This document shows positions 41,019 through 50,410 of a stretch of 64,000 nt of DNA, one piece after another (the stretch's first letter is position 1; each line of letters opens with the position of its first letter). The stretch lies in the NCBI GenBank assembly GCA_036013055.1, contig DASCQM010000001.1, positions 39,015 to 103,014 of the forward strand, in the 5' to 3' direction. The notes beneath the pieces are model-generated. The model did not search any database. It had not been told where the DNA came from and saw only the letters and a list, made by a program, of their open reading frames with translations. The translations under genes and the position numbers were made by a program. The stretch is from Dehalococcoidia bacterium (GTDB lineage: Bacteria; Chloroflexota; Dehalococcoidia; UBA2979).

Positions 41019-44000
41019 ATGATCCATTTCCGATCGCTGCCGGTCATTGCCATTCGCCGCATGCTTGGCAACTGGCGCCTGCTGACGAGCGTGATCATCG
41101 GCACGATCGTCGCCGCAGCCACGCTCTCCTCGACGGCAATCTACTCGGACGCGATCCGCGATCTCGGGCTCGACTTCGCGCTTGAACAGCAGCCGGTCGC
41201 TGACCTCGACGTGAAGGTGCTGCAAAGCAACCAGGGCGTCGACCGCGTGCAGTACCGCGATTCGCGCGACCGCGTGGATGGCGGCATCGCCGCCGTTCTG
41301 GGCGATGCCGCCGACACGCTGATCCGAATGGGCACCAGCGCGACGTTCTATCCAGCCCCAGCGGGATCGCAGGTCGACTACAGCGACAGTGGACGCGATC
41401 GCGCAGTGCTGCGATTCCGTTCCGAACTGCAGCAGCAGGTCGATGTCGTGATCGGCGAGTTCCCCCGATCACTTGCGCGCGCTGGAGCCGAACCGCTGCC
41501 TGTTGCGATCGGGATCGAGACCGCGACGACGTCCGGGATCGAGATCGGGCAGCAGTTCGACCTCTTCCCCTTCTGGGACTCAGCCGCCCGGCCGGTCACC
41601 GTCGAGGTCGTCGGCATCGTCGAGGCGCTGGCACCCAGCTCCCGGTACTGGGGAGACGGCGAGGAGGTGCTCGACCGCCACACCCAGAACTGGGACACGT
41701 TCGCGATGCTGATCCCCGAGACCACGTTCTTCGGCGCGATGGTCGACATGGCGATCGGCGTCTCGGCCGACTACGACACTCTCTACACGGTCGACCTCGA
41801 CGCGCTGAACTCGCGCAACGGTCGCGACATCGCATTCGCCCTCGACTCGCTCGAGCGCCGGCTCTCCGGGTTCGATAGCCGACTGCACGTCGACACCGCG
41901 CTCGGCGACGTGCTCGAGACCTACGACGAGAAGCTGTTCTTCACGCAACTTCCGCTCTTCGTGCTGCTGCTCCAGATCGGCGGCATCGTCGCCTACTACC
42001 TCGTGATGGTCTCGACGATGTTGATCGAGCGTCAGGCGGCGGAACTGGCGCTGCTGCGCAGTCGTGGCGCGACCACAGCACAGCTGCTCGTGCAGTACAG
42101 CATCGAGGGCGTGCTCCTCGCGGGGCTTGCCGCGGCGACAGGACCTCCGCTCGCCGCGACCGTGATTTCATCCCTCGGTCGCACGCCTGAATTTGAGCTG
42201 CTCTCGGGCGGCGGCCTGCTTGAGGTGAACATCTCCACGTTCGCGTACGGCCTTGCCGGCGCAGGCGCGATGATCGCTTTCCTCGCCCTGATGCTCCCGG
42301 CGTGGCGCGCGACGCGAAACACGATGGTCGAGTTGAAGCACGCGAGTGCGCGCCCCCGCCCGACTCCACTGTTCATGCGCTACTACCTCGATGTTGCACT
42401 GGTGCTGATCAGCGCCGTGGTCTTCTGGCAGCTCTCACAGCAGGAAGAGCTGTTCACCGAGTCGTTCTTCGGCGAGATGCAGGCTGACCCGTTCCTCTTG
42501 CTCACGCCCTCGGTCTTCTTGCTCACCGTTGGGATCGTCTTCCTGCGCCTCTTCCCGATCGTCCTGCGGCTGGCCGCCGCCATCGTCGGCTTGACCGGCA
42601 GTGTCGCCGTGCTCGTCGGCATGCGCTCGCTCGTGCGCAACCCGGGCCATTACACGCGCCTGATCCTGCTGCTGATGTTCGCAACGGGCGTCGGAATGTT
42701 CGGCGCGTCGTTCCGCGAGACGCTCACACAGTCGTACGACGATCGATCGTTCTACGAGGTTGGGGCAGACGTCCGCGCCTCCGACCTGCGCGCGCTGACC
42801 GGAACCGGCGACATCGCATTCGTCGACGCTGTGAACACCGTTCCTGCGTCGGTCGCCTCGCCGGTCTCGCGCGTCGGTGGTCGTATCAGCCGGGGCGCAA
42901 ACATCTCGACTGTGGAGTTCATGGGCATCGACCCGGAGACGTTCACGGAGGTCGCATACTCCCGCGGCGACTTTGCCGACCACTCGCTAGAGGAGATGAC
43001 AAGCACGCTCGCGGCCAACTCCACGTCGCTTGTCGGCGCGCCGATTCCGGTGGACGCGCGGCAGCTCGGCATGTGGATCAAGTCGCCCGACATTCGCGGC
43101 CCGGTGCGCATTGGCCTCACCCTGCGCGATGCAGGCGGCCGTTACCTGAACAGCGTCTTTGCAGAGGTCGTGCCGAACGACCCGACGTCCGACGAGTGGC
43201 GCTTCATCGCGCTCGATCTCGAGGACATGGTCGAGCGCTTCGGGCCGATGCGTGAACAGCCTCTGATCGCCCCGCTGACGCTGCACGCACTCTTCGCGGC
43301 GCCGCAGGGGTCGATCGCTCGTTCTGCGGGCAAGCTCTTGTTCGGTGCGGTACTGGCGACGTCGGAACCACCGCTACCACCGGCAGAGGACGCGGACATC
43401 GCCCGTCCCGAGTCGTTCCGCGGTCGGACGCCCGAAGTGCCGGCGGCGGTGCTGGCGACGAATGCATTCCCGGGCGCGACGCTTGTGAAGTCGTTCGAGA
43501 GCCTCGATGGCTTCGAGGTGATCCGGGACCTCGCGGCTGTGCCGGCCGCGGACACGGCGACTAGCACGAGCGACAGCCCGCCGGGATATGAACGCTCCAC
43601 GAGACTGCAATGGGCGGGCGTCGGCTTCCGGCAACCGAACGTTCGCGGCCTCCAGCAGAGCACCGACAGCGCTCCGATCGTGTTCTACCTGCACCGTACG
43701 CTGGCCACCCAACTCGAGGTCGAGGTCGATGACGCCGTCAACATCCTGGTCGGGCAGAAGTTCACCACCGGCCTCGTCGGCGGGATCTACGACCTCTTCC
43801 CGACGGCCAAGATCAGCAGCAACGGCAGCACCCTGGTGATAGCGAACCTCAGCCGCTTGATGGCGGCCGTGAACGCATCGCCAGCCGCGGTCGCGCACGC
43901 CCCAACCGAGGTCTGGTTCTCCAGCGACGATCCGGTGGCGACCCGAGAGGCGCTGGAAGGTGACCACTTTGCCGCGGGTGAGGTGCTCGACATCGAATCG

Positions 44001-44465
44001 ACGCGATTGAGCCAGCAACGCGACCCGCTGGTCGCCGCCGGATGGCAGGGCATCCTCGCGATCGCGTTCGGCGCTGTCCTGCTGCTGTCGGCGATCGGGT
44101 TCCTCGTCTACTCCTACCTCACGGCACAACAGCGCGCCCTTGAGTTCGCGATCCTGCGGACGCTCGGCTTTTCACGCTGGCAGGTCTTCTCGCTGGTCAC
44201 GTTTGAGCACCTCTTCGTGATCGTCGCCGGGATGGGACTCGGAACGGCGGTGGGCCTGCAGGTCGGCCGCATGATGATGAACTTCCTCGGCACCGACGAA
44301 CGCGGCAAGGAAGTGTTGCCGCCGTTCGTCCTCGGTGTCTCGTGGCCGTCGGTGTTCTTCGCCTGGGGCATCCTGGGGACGGTGTTTGTTGTGACGATTG
44401 GAGGCGTGGTGCTACTTTATTTGCGCCTCCAAGTGCACCGCGCCCTCCGGATTGGTGACGCCTAA
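41019..44465 (+). CDS. Large FtsX/MacB-type ABC transporter permease
   Basis: Two FtsX-like modules (ELALLRSRGAT; EFAILRTLGFS) with large extracytoplasmic loops. Confidence 0.85.
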   Translation: MIHFRSLPVIAIRRMLGNWRLLTSVIIGTIVAAATLSSTAIYSDAIRDLGLDFALEQQPVADLDVKVLQSNQGVDRVQYRDSRDRVDGGIAAVLGDAADTLIRMGTSATFYPAPAGSQVDYSDSGRDRAVLRFRSELQQQVDVVIGEFPRSLARAGAEPLPVAIGIETATTSGIEIGQQFDLFPFWDSAARPVTVEVVGIVEALAPSSRYWGDGEEVLDRHTQNWDTFAMLIPETTFFGAMVDMAIGVSADYDTLYTVDLDALNSRNGRDIAFALDSLERRLSGFDSRLHVDTALGDVLETYDEKLFFTQLPLFVLLLQIGGIVAYYLVMVSTMLIERQAAELALLRSRGATTAQLLVQYSIEGVLLAGLAAATGPPLAATVISSLGRTPEFELLSGGGLLEVNISTFAYGLAGAGAMIAFLALMLPAWRATRNTMVELKHASARPRPTPLFMRYYLDVALVLISAVVFWQLSQQEELFTESFFGEMQADPFLLLTPSVFLLTVGIVFLRLFPIVLRLAAAIVGLTGSVAVLVGMRSLVRNPGHYTRLILLLMFATGVGMFGASFRETLTQSYDDRSFYEVGADVRASDLRALTGTGDIAFVDAVNTVPASVASPVSRVGGRISRGANISTVEFMGIDPETFTEVAYSRGDFADHSLEEMTSTLAANSTSLVGAPIPVDARQLGMWIKSPDIRGPVRIGLTLRDAGGRYLNSVFAEVVPNDPTSDEWRFIALDLEDMVERFGPMREQPLIAPLTLHALFAAPQGSIARSAGKLLFGAVLATSEPPLPPAEDADIARPESFRGRTPEVPAAVLATNAFPGATLVKSFESLDGFEVIRDLAAVPAADTATSTSDSPPGYERSTRLQWAGVGFRQPNVRGLQQSTDSAPIVFYLHRTLATQLEVEVDDAVNILVGQKFTTGLVGGIYDLFPTAKISSNGSTLVIANLSRLMAAVNASPAAVAHAPTEVWFSSDDPVATREALEGDHFAAGEVLDIESTRLSQQRDPLVAAGWQGILAIAFGAVLLLSAIGFLVYSYLTAQQRALEFAILRTLGFSRWQVFSLVTFEHLFVIVAGMGLGTAVGLQVGRMMMNFLGTDERGKEVLPPFVLGVSWPSVFFAWGILGTVFVVTIGGVVLLYLRLQVHRALRIGDA

Positions 44466-44468
44466 GCA

Positions 44469-45383
44469 ATGGTGAGCGACAGCACGGTCGAGACGCCGTA
44501 TATCCACTGCGAAGATCTCTTCAAAATCTACAAGACGGACGAGCTGGAAGTCGTCGCGCTGCGCGGGTTGGACCTGAAGGTCGCCACCGGCGAGATGATG
44601 GCGATCGTCGGCGCGTCGGGCTCCGGCAAGAGCACGCTGCTGAACATCCTCGCGGGGCTCGATCAGCCGTCGGCGGGACAGGTGCGGGTCGGCGAGCGCG
44701 ACCTGCTGACGACAACCGAGGACGACCTCGTCGACTACCGGCGCGCAGAGGTCGGCTTCGTCTGGCAGCAGACCGGCCGCAACTTGATCCCGTATCTCAG
44801 CGCCGAGCAGAACATCGAGGTACCGCTAATCCTCGAGGGGGCGACCCGACGAGAGGCGAAGCGCCGCGCCCAGTTCCTGCTTGAACAAGTCGATCTGATG
44901 CACCGGCGCAACAATCGCCCGGACCAGGTCTCTGGCGGCGAACAGCAGCGCATCGCGATCGCCGTCGCGCTGGCCAACAACCCGCCCTTGCTGCTCGCCG
45001 ACGAACCCACCGGCGAGCTCGACCGCGCGACCGCCGACCAGGTCTTCAACGTCTTCCACAAGCTGAACGAGGCGCTCAACGTCACGGTCGTCGTCGTCAC
45101 CCACGACCGCGCGATCTCGGAGCGCGTCGATCGCGTGATCGCAATGCGCGACGGCCGCACCAGCTCAGAGGTGATCCGCCGCGCGGCGTTCGCCCGCGGC
45201 GAGGGTGAGATCACGGAGGAGTTCGCCGTCGTCGATCGCAGCGGCCGGCTGCAGGTTCCGCGTGAAATGATCGAGGACCTTGAGATTGGCGAGCGGGCGC
45301 GCGTCACGTTCGTCGATGACCACGTCGAGATCCGGCCGGAGTTCCCGAAAGACGAAGACACGCAGCCGTGGCGCCGACCGTGA
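44469..45383 (+). CDS. ABC ATP-binding protein (MacB/LolD-like) with a C-terminal AbrB-like extension
   Basis: GASGSGKS, SGGEQQR and LADEPTGELD motifs; tail AVVDRSGRLQVPREM. Confidence 0.88.
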   Translation: MVSDSTVETPYIHCEDLFKIYKTDELEVVALRGLDLKVATGEMMAIVGASGSGKSTLLNILAGLDQPSAGQVRVGERDLLTTTEDDLVDYRRAEVGFVWQQTGRNLIPYLSAEQNIEVPLILEGATRREAKRRAQFLLEQVDLMHRRNNRPDQVSGGEQQRIAIAVALANNPPLLLADEPTGELDRATADQVFNVFHKLNEALNVTVVVVTHDRAISERVDRVIAMRDGRTSSEVIRRAAFARGEGEITEEFAVVDRSGRLQVPREMIEDLEIGERARVTFVDDHVEIRPEFPKDEDTQPWRRP

Positions 45384-46171
45384 CCAGCGAGTCGTACGTG
45401 GTTCGCGCCGTGAACGTCGATCGCACGTTCAAGCTGGCCGACCTCGAGGTGCGCGCGGTGCGCGATGTCTCGCTGGAGATCCCGGAGGGCCAGTTCATCG
45501 CAATCGTCGGACGTTCCGGTTCGGGAAAGACGACGTTCCTCAATATTCTCGCCGGACTCGACCGGCCGACGAACGGCTCAGTCTTCATCGGAGATGCGGA
45601 GATCTCCCGCTACAGCGAGGGCCAGCTCACCGGCCTGCGACGTCACACCGTGGGTTTCGTCTTCCAGTCGTTCGGCCTGCTGCCGCTGCTCTCCGCTGCG
45701 GAGAACGTCGAGCTCGCGCTCCGCATCGCCGGCGTCGGACTGCGCGAGCGTGGCGAGCGCACGAGCGAGCTGCTGGAGCAGGTCGGACTGACCGGACGTG
45801 CCGACCACCGCCCGTACGAGCTCTCCGGCGGCGAGCAGCAGCGTGTTGCAGTCGCGAGAGCACTCGCCAACAATCCGCAGATCCTGATCGCCGATGAGCC
45901 GACTGGCGAACTCGACTCGACGACGGCAGAGCAGACGTTCAACCTCCTCCGTGGTGTCGCGGAGCGTGGCGTCACCGTGATCACCGCGACGCATGACCCG
46001 TTCGTCATGGAGCACGTCGACCGCATCGAGGAACTCGCCGACGGCCGGCTACTGACGCCGGAAGAACGAACGTTCAGTGCGGCCCCGTCCCACCCGGCAG
46101 CCCCGGCAGTCGCCGCCGCGACCGAGACGCCGGAGGACGCGGCGTGGCGACCACCCACGCCCACGCGGTAG
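45380..46171 (+). CDS. ABC ATP-binding protein (MacB/LolD-like)
   Basis: GRSGSGKT, LSGGEQQRVAVAR and IADEPTGELD motifs. Confidence 0.9.
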   Translation: MTSESYVVRAVNVDRTFKLADLEVRAVRDVSLEIPEGQFIAIVGRSGSGKTTFLNILAGLDRPTNGSVFIGDAEISRYSEGQLTGLRRHTVGFVFQSFGLLPLLSAAENVELALRIAGVGLRERGERTSELLEQVGLTGRADHRPYELSGGEQQRVAVARALANNPQILIADEPTGELDSTTAEQTFNLLRGVAERGVTVITATHDPFVMEHVDRIEELADGRLLTPEERTFSAAPSHPAAPAVAAATETPEDAAWRPPTPTR

Positions 46172-46186
46172 CGGACCGCCGACAGG

Positions 46187-46795
46187 ATGAACCGGCCTGA
46201 CGTTCCGCGCGGCGCAGGTGGGCGCCGTCGCTACGTCCCAACCTGGCCACGGCACATGCAGCGCAATCGCCGCCGCCTCGGGAGGGTCGCCCTGATGATG
46301 GGTGCCCTGATCTTCGCGATCTCGGCCGTCTTCACGTTCGGCAACAAGGCGGAGGCCCCCGTGACTCCCGCGCTGGAGCAGCGAGCCGACGGCTGGTACT
46401 CCGCAGCAGCGACCACGCTTCCACTCGTGCGGCTCGCGACAGTGATCGATGGCGACACCGTCGATGTGCTTGCCGCGCAGACGCCACTGCGCATCCGTGC
46501 CTTCGGAATCGATGCGCCCGAGTTGGATCAGCGCTGCGCCGCCGCGGCGACGGCCCGCCTCGGCGAGCTGGCGGCGAACGGGATGCGGCTACAGCCCGAC
46601 GATCGTCTGCAGGACGAGTTCGGACGCGAGCTGCGCTACCTGTTCACCGTCGATGGTCTGTCGATCGACTCGGCGATGGTCTCCGAAGGGCTCGCGCGAG
46701 CGTGGCGCGATGACGGCGTGCTGCGCGATCACCTCGTCGCGCTCGAAGACGAAGCACGCGACGCCCGACGCGGCTGCCTCTGGACGTCCGGCTAG
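46187..46795 (+). CDS. Thermonuclease (SNase) family protein
   Basis: VIDGDTV, RAFGIDAPE, DEFGREL and EARDARRGCLW motifs with an N-terminal TM segment. Confidence 0.88.
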   Translation: MNRPDVPRGAGGRRRYVPTWPRHMQRNRRRLGRVALMMGALIFAISAVFTFGNKAEAPVTPALEQRADGWYSAAATTLPLVRLATVIDGDTVDVLAAQTPLRIRAFGIDAPELDQRCAAAATARLGELAANGMRLQPDDRLQDEFGRELRYLFTVDGLSIDSAMVSEGLARAWRDDGVLRDHLVALEDEARDARRGCLWTSG

Positions 46796-46801
46796 CCGGG
46801 T

Positions 46802-47566
46802 CTAGTCGCCCGCCGGCGCGACTTCCCGCAGGTGGAAGATCAGCGCGCTGTTATCCCACTGCACGATCTCGTGCGGGGCCAGCACGTTCACCCATGCCGT
46901 CCGTGTCGCGCGACCGTTCCGCACCTGCAACCGCCACGTCTGGAATACGCCGGCCGGCACCTCGATCTCCTGCTGGTCGATCACGCGCAGGATCACCGTC
47001 TGCAGGCTGCGGTCGAGGTGGTTCACCGAGACGTATCGCGCCTCGTACTCCTCGGCAAAATCGAGCGTGCGCCAGAGCCACAGCGACGTCTCGTTGTCGT
47101 AGTAGCTGCCGTCGAGGTCGATGGTCTTCTCGCTGATGTCGCCGCCTTCGACGGCACCAAACGTGACGGACTCCGCCACCCCGCTCGTCGCATCGATGTT
47201 GTACTGCGACGTGTAGCTGTCATCGCGACCCTCGGAGGTGACGGCACGGCTGAGCGTGTGCGGCAGCAGGCGGGCATCCGCGCGAACGGCGACCTGATCG
47301 ACGACGTCCGACAGCGCTCCATCAACGGTCTGACGGTAGCTCTGGGTCAGCTCCAGCGAGTCACCCCGGGCCACAACGCCAAGTGTCCCCTGCCCCACCA
47401 CTGTCCCGTCTCTGCCAATGAGGTCGTAGACCAGCCGCTCGCCAACCTCGAACGGCGCGCGATGCACGACATCCGACGTCCCGTCGGCTGACGAGCCGCC
47501 GACACACGCGGTGCCGATCAGCAGTACCGCCGCGATGGCGAGCAGCACGCGCAGACGGTTCACCAT
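46802..47566 (-). CDS. Lipoprotein, DUF3108-like
   Basis: Lipobox GTAC, PFEVGERLVY and EIEVPAGVF motifs. Confidence 0.6.
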   Translation of the reverse strand: MVNRLRVLLAIAAVLLIGTACVGGSSADGTSDVVHRAPFEVGERLVYDLIGRDGTVVGQGTLGVVARGDSLELTQSYRQTVDGALSDVVDQVAVRADARLLPHTLSRAVTSEGRDDSYTSQYNIDATSGVAESVTFGAVEGGDISEKTIDLDGSYYDNETSLWLWRTLDFAEEYEARYVSVNHLDRSLQTVILRVIDQQEIEVPAGVFQTWRLQVRNGRATRTAWVNVLAPHEIVQWDNSALIFHLREVAPAGD

Positions 47567-47569
47567 GCG

Positions 47570-48595
47570 CTAGAGCGAGCCGAGGACGCGGCTGGCCGCC
47601 GCGATCGCCTGATCGATGTCGGCGCTGTTCACATCGAGGTGCGTCACCATGCGGATGCGCGTCGGGCTCGTGCCGCTGCACGCGACGCCTTCCGCCGCCA
47701 ACTGCTCACGGAACGCCGGACCGTCGACGCCCTCAAGCTCGTAGAAGACGATGTTCGAGTCCACGCTCGCGGGGTCGAGCTTCACGTGCGGAAGACCCGC
47801 GAGGCCATCGGCGAGCCGACGCGCGTTCGCGTGGTCCCCGGCGAGTCGATCAACGTTGTGCTCAAGGGCGTAGAGCGCTGCCGCGGCGATCACTCCGGAC
47901 TGCCGCATTCCGCCGCCGAGCTGACGTCGGATCGGGCGGGCCCGGTCGATGAAGTCCGCCGGGCCCGTGACAACCGATCCGACAGGCGCACCGAGTCCCT
48001 TCGAGAAGCAGAACGAGACGGTGTCTGCCTCGGCAGCAAGCGTCGCCGCGTCCGTCTCCAGCGCAGCGGCGGCGTTGAAGATGCGCGCGCCATCGATGTG
48101 CACCGCAGCGCCAGCGCCGCGTGCGACCGCGATCACGTCACGCATCTCGGTCAGCGCGATTGCCGCGCCGCCGCAGCGATTCTGCGTGTTCTCGAGGCAG
48201 ACGAGCGCGGTCGGCGGCGGCGTGCCAACCGGCCGTAGCGCGCCTTCGACGTCGGATGGGTCGATGCGCCCGCGGTCGTCGTTCGCGACGGTGCGCAGGC
48301 TGATCCCGCCGAGTGCCGATGCGCCGGTTGCTTCGTGGTGCAGGATGTGCGACTCGGAGCCGACGATCGCCTCGTCGCCGCGCCCGCAATGCGTGAGCAG
48401 CGCGACGAGGTTCGCCATCGTCCCGCTGGGGACGAAGAGCGCCGCCTCCTTGCCGATGCGCTCGGCGGCGGCCAGTTCCAGCGCCTGCACCGTCGGGTCG
48501 TCCCCAAGCACGTCGTCGCCGACCTCGGCGGTCGCCATCGCGTGTCGCATCTCGTCGCTGGGGCGGGTCACGGTGTCGGAACGGAGGTCAATCAT
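47570..48595 (-). CDS. ltaE: Low-specificity L-threonine aldolase
   Basis: IDLRSDTVT, PSGTMAN, HIDGARIFNA, CFSKGLGAPVGS and GGGMRQ motifs. Confidence 0.96.
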   Translation of the reverse strand: MIDLRSDTVTRPSDEMRHAMATAEVGDDVLGDDPTVQALELAAAERIGKEAALFVPSGTMANLVALLTHCGRGDEAIVGSESHILHHEATGASALGGISLRTVANDDRGRIDPSDVEGALRPVGTPPPTALVCLENTQNRCGGAAIALTEMRDVIAVARGAGAAVHIDGARIFNAAAALETDAATLAAEADTVSFCFSKGLGAPVGSVVTGPADFIDRARPIRRQLGGGMRQSGVIAAAALYALEHNVDRLAGDHANARRLADGLAGLPHVKLDPASVDSNIVFYELEGVDGPAFREQLAAEGVACSGTSPTRIRMVTHLDVNSADIDQAIAAASRVLGSL

Positions 48596-48703
48596 GCGAG
48601 CAGTCACCGATCTCGTGTTGCGTCGAGCGTTCATCAGGCTCGCTCTGGGGACTATCGAAACAATGAAGGGCGCCGCGTCTTGCCGCCACCCGGCGAGTCG
48701 TGA

Positions 48704-49156
48704 CTACGTGCGCTCGGAAGGTTCGCGCTCCCAGAGAGTGTGAAAGCCTTCGCCACCGGTAATCGCGGCCGTGACCTCCAGCCGCTCGGCAGCCACGAGC
48801 TGGCTGAACGCCTGCTCTGACTGCGTGGCCAGGTCGACCCCGCCCAGCGCGACGAGGCGTGTCTCGATCCGCGACCAGATACCGGCATCGCGCATCGCCT
48901 GCGCCGGACGCGGCCAGCTGAAGACGGTGATCTGTTCCGGAAGCTGCATGTTCGGTCGCAGCTTCTGCAGCGAACGGTAGCGCTCCTCCGCCGACGAGAC
49001 GCGCGGCACGATGCGGATCATCGGCGGGTCGCCCTCGGCGGTGCGGTTGTCGACGAGCAGCCGTCGCTCGACGCGGTCGAAACGCACGATGAACACCTCC
49101 GCGTCATCGATGACGCGGCGGATATCATCCATGTCGATCCCGAAATCAGAGTCCAT
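48704..49156 (-). CDS. Hypothetical protein (150 aa)
   Basis: Protein-like ORF from MDSDFGID with high-GC3 codon use; TACAAT lies 9 nt upstream. Confidence 0.7.
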   Translation of the reverse strand: MDSDFGIDMDDIRRVIDDAEVFIVRFDRVERRLLVDNRTAEGDPPMIRIVPRVSSAEERYRSLQKLRPNMQLPEQITVFSWPRPAQAMRDAGIWSRIETRLVALGGVDLATQSEQAFSQLVAAERLEVTAAITGGEGFHTLWEREPSERT

Positions 49157-49212
49157 ATGACGAAGATTGTAGTGACCGTCGTGCCCGGGAGGCAACGCCT
49201 CGCGCGCCCCGG

Positions 49213-50037
49213 CTAGTGCGGCGCGGGCGCCTGGTATGTGCGATCGAGGTACGGAATGTGCACCAGTCCGGCGGCCTGCAGCCCCATCACGATCAGCACC
49301 GCCCCACCGACACGCGTCATCGTGTCGAGGTGCTGCTGCAGGAGGTTGCCAACGAGCCCGACCGAGGCACCAAGGATTGCGAAGACGAGCGTGAACCCGA
49401 TCACGAAGGCGACGGCGTGCATGAAGACACGTCGGCGGTCCGCCTGCGTGTCGCCGGTCCCATTCATCGCCTCCCCCGCGAGGTTCGCGAGATAGACCGG
49501 CACCAGCGGCAGCACGCACGGCGAGAGGAAGGAGACGATACCCCCGAAGAAGGCGATCGCCGGACCCGCGAGCCCATCAACGCCGGAGCTCAAGCCTTCC
49601 TCGGCGGACGCGGTCTGACCGAAGAAGAAGCCGAAGGACTGGAAGTAGCGATTGAGCTGCGAGAACTCGCCGAGCAACATCAGCGTACCGACGACGATGA
49701 ACAGCGCACCCGCACCAATCATCAACTTCGACATGTGTGGCTGAATCTGCCGCAGGCGAGGTGAAATCCAGCCGAAGAACGCGCCGAACGCGAGGAACCA
49801 GGCACCGAGCCCCAGCGAGTACGCGACAAGCAGCAGCGCGCCCTGGTAGGCGTTGCCCGACGTCGCGGCCAGCGTCAGCACGACGCCGAGAATTGGGCCG
49901 ATACACGGCGACCAGGCGATTGAGAACGCCGAGCCGATCGCGAACGAGCGCGGGTAGCCGCTACCAAGCGCGCCGCGAACGCCTGCGAAGCGCTTCGCCG
50001 CCTGCTGGTCTGGTGCCGGGGTCGCTGTGGTCGCCAT
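49213..50037 (-). CDS. ccdA: CcdA / DsbD-beta family membrane electron transporter, circularly permuted
   Basis: The WSPCIGPILG half precedes the SFLSPCVLPLVPVYL half, the reverse of canonical order. Alternative start at 50061. Confidence 0.88.
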   Translation of the reverse strand: MATTATPAPDQQAAKRFAGVRGALGSGYPRSFAIGSAFSIAWSPCIGPILGVVLTLAATSGNAYQGALLLVAYSLGLGAWFLAFGAFFGWISPRLRQIQPHMSKLMIGAGALFIVVGTLMLLGEFSQLNRYFQSFGFFFGQTASAEEGLSSGVDGLAGPAIAFFGGIVSFLSPCVLPLVPVYLANLAGEAMNGTGDTQADRRRVFMHAVAFVIGFTLVFAILGASVGLVGNLLQQHLDTMTRVGGAVLIVMGLQAAGLVHIPYLDRTYQAPAPH

Positions 50038-50153
50038 GCCATCTCTCTCGCGCACGTCCATTGTCGTACCGCTCGACCCCCTCGCGGGTGAGCGCACTCA
50101 CGCAGCGATGTTATGAATCTGTGAAATCTGGCGCGGTCATCACTGCGGCCCGG

Positions 50154-50354
50154 TCACTCCTCGATGCCCAGCAGGCGCCTGCGCGCCGCGTCGTACTGTT
50201 CCTTCGTGCGCGCCTCGCGGTTGAGCAGCCCCTTGAGCACGGGAGGTTCGATGCGCTCGCCATCAAGGAAGAAGGCGTGCAACCGGTCCAATTGCGTCTG
50301 CCACGCCTTCCAGGCCTCGCTGTATGCCTTGCGTGCGTCGCTGTCACTCACCAT
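50154..50354 (-). CDS. Small helical hypothetical protein (66 aa)
   Basis: Protein-like ORF with TAGACT 6 nt upstream of the ATG. Confidence 0.65.
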   Translation of the reverse strand: MVSDSDARKAYSEAWKAWQTQLDRLHAFFLDGERIEPPVLKGLLNREARTKEQYDAARRRLLGIEE

Positions 50355-50410
50355 GGATCCAGTCTATCGAACCGCATCTGATCGGTCTGTGATCGCGTCA
50401 CACGGTTCCG

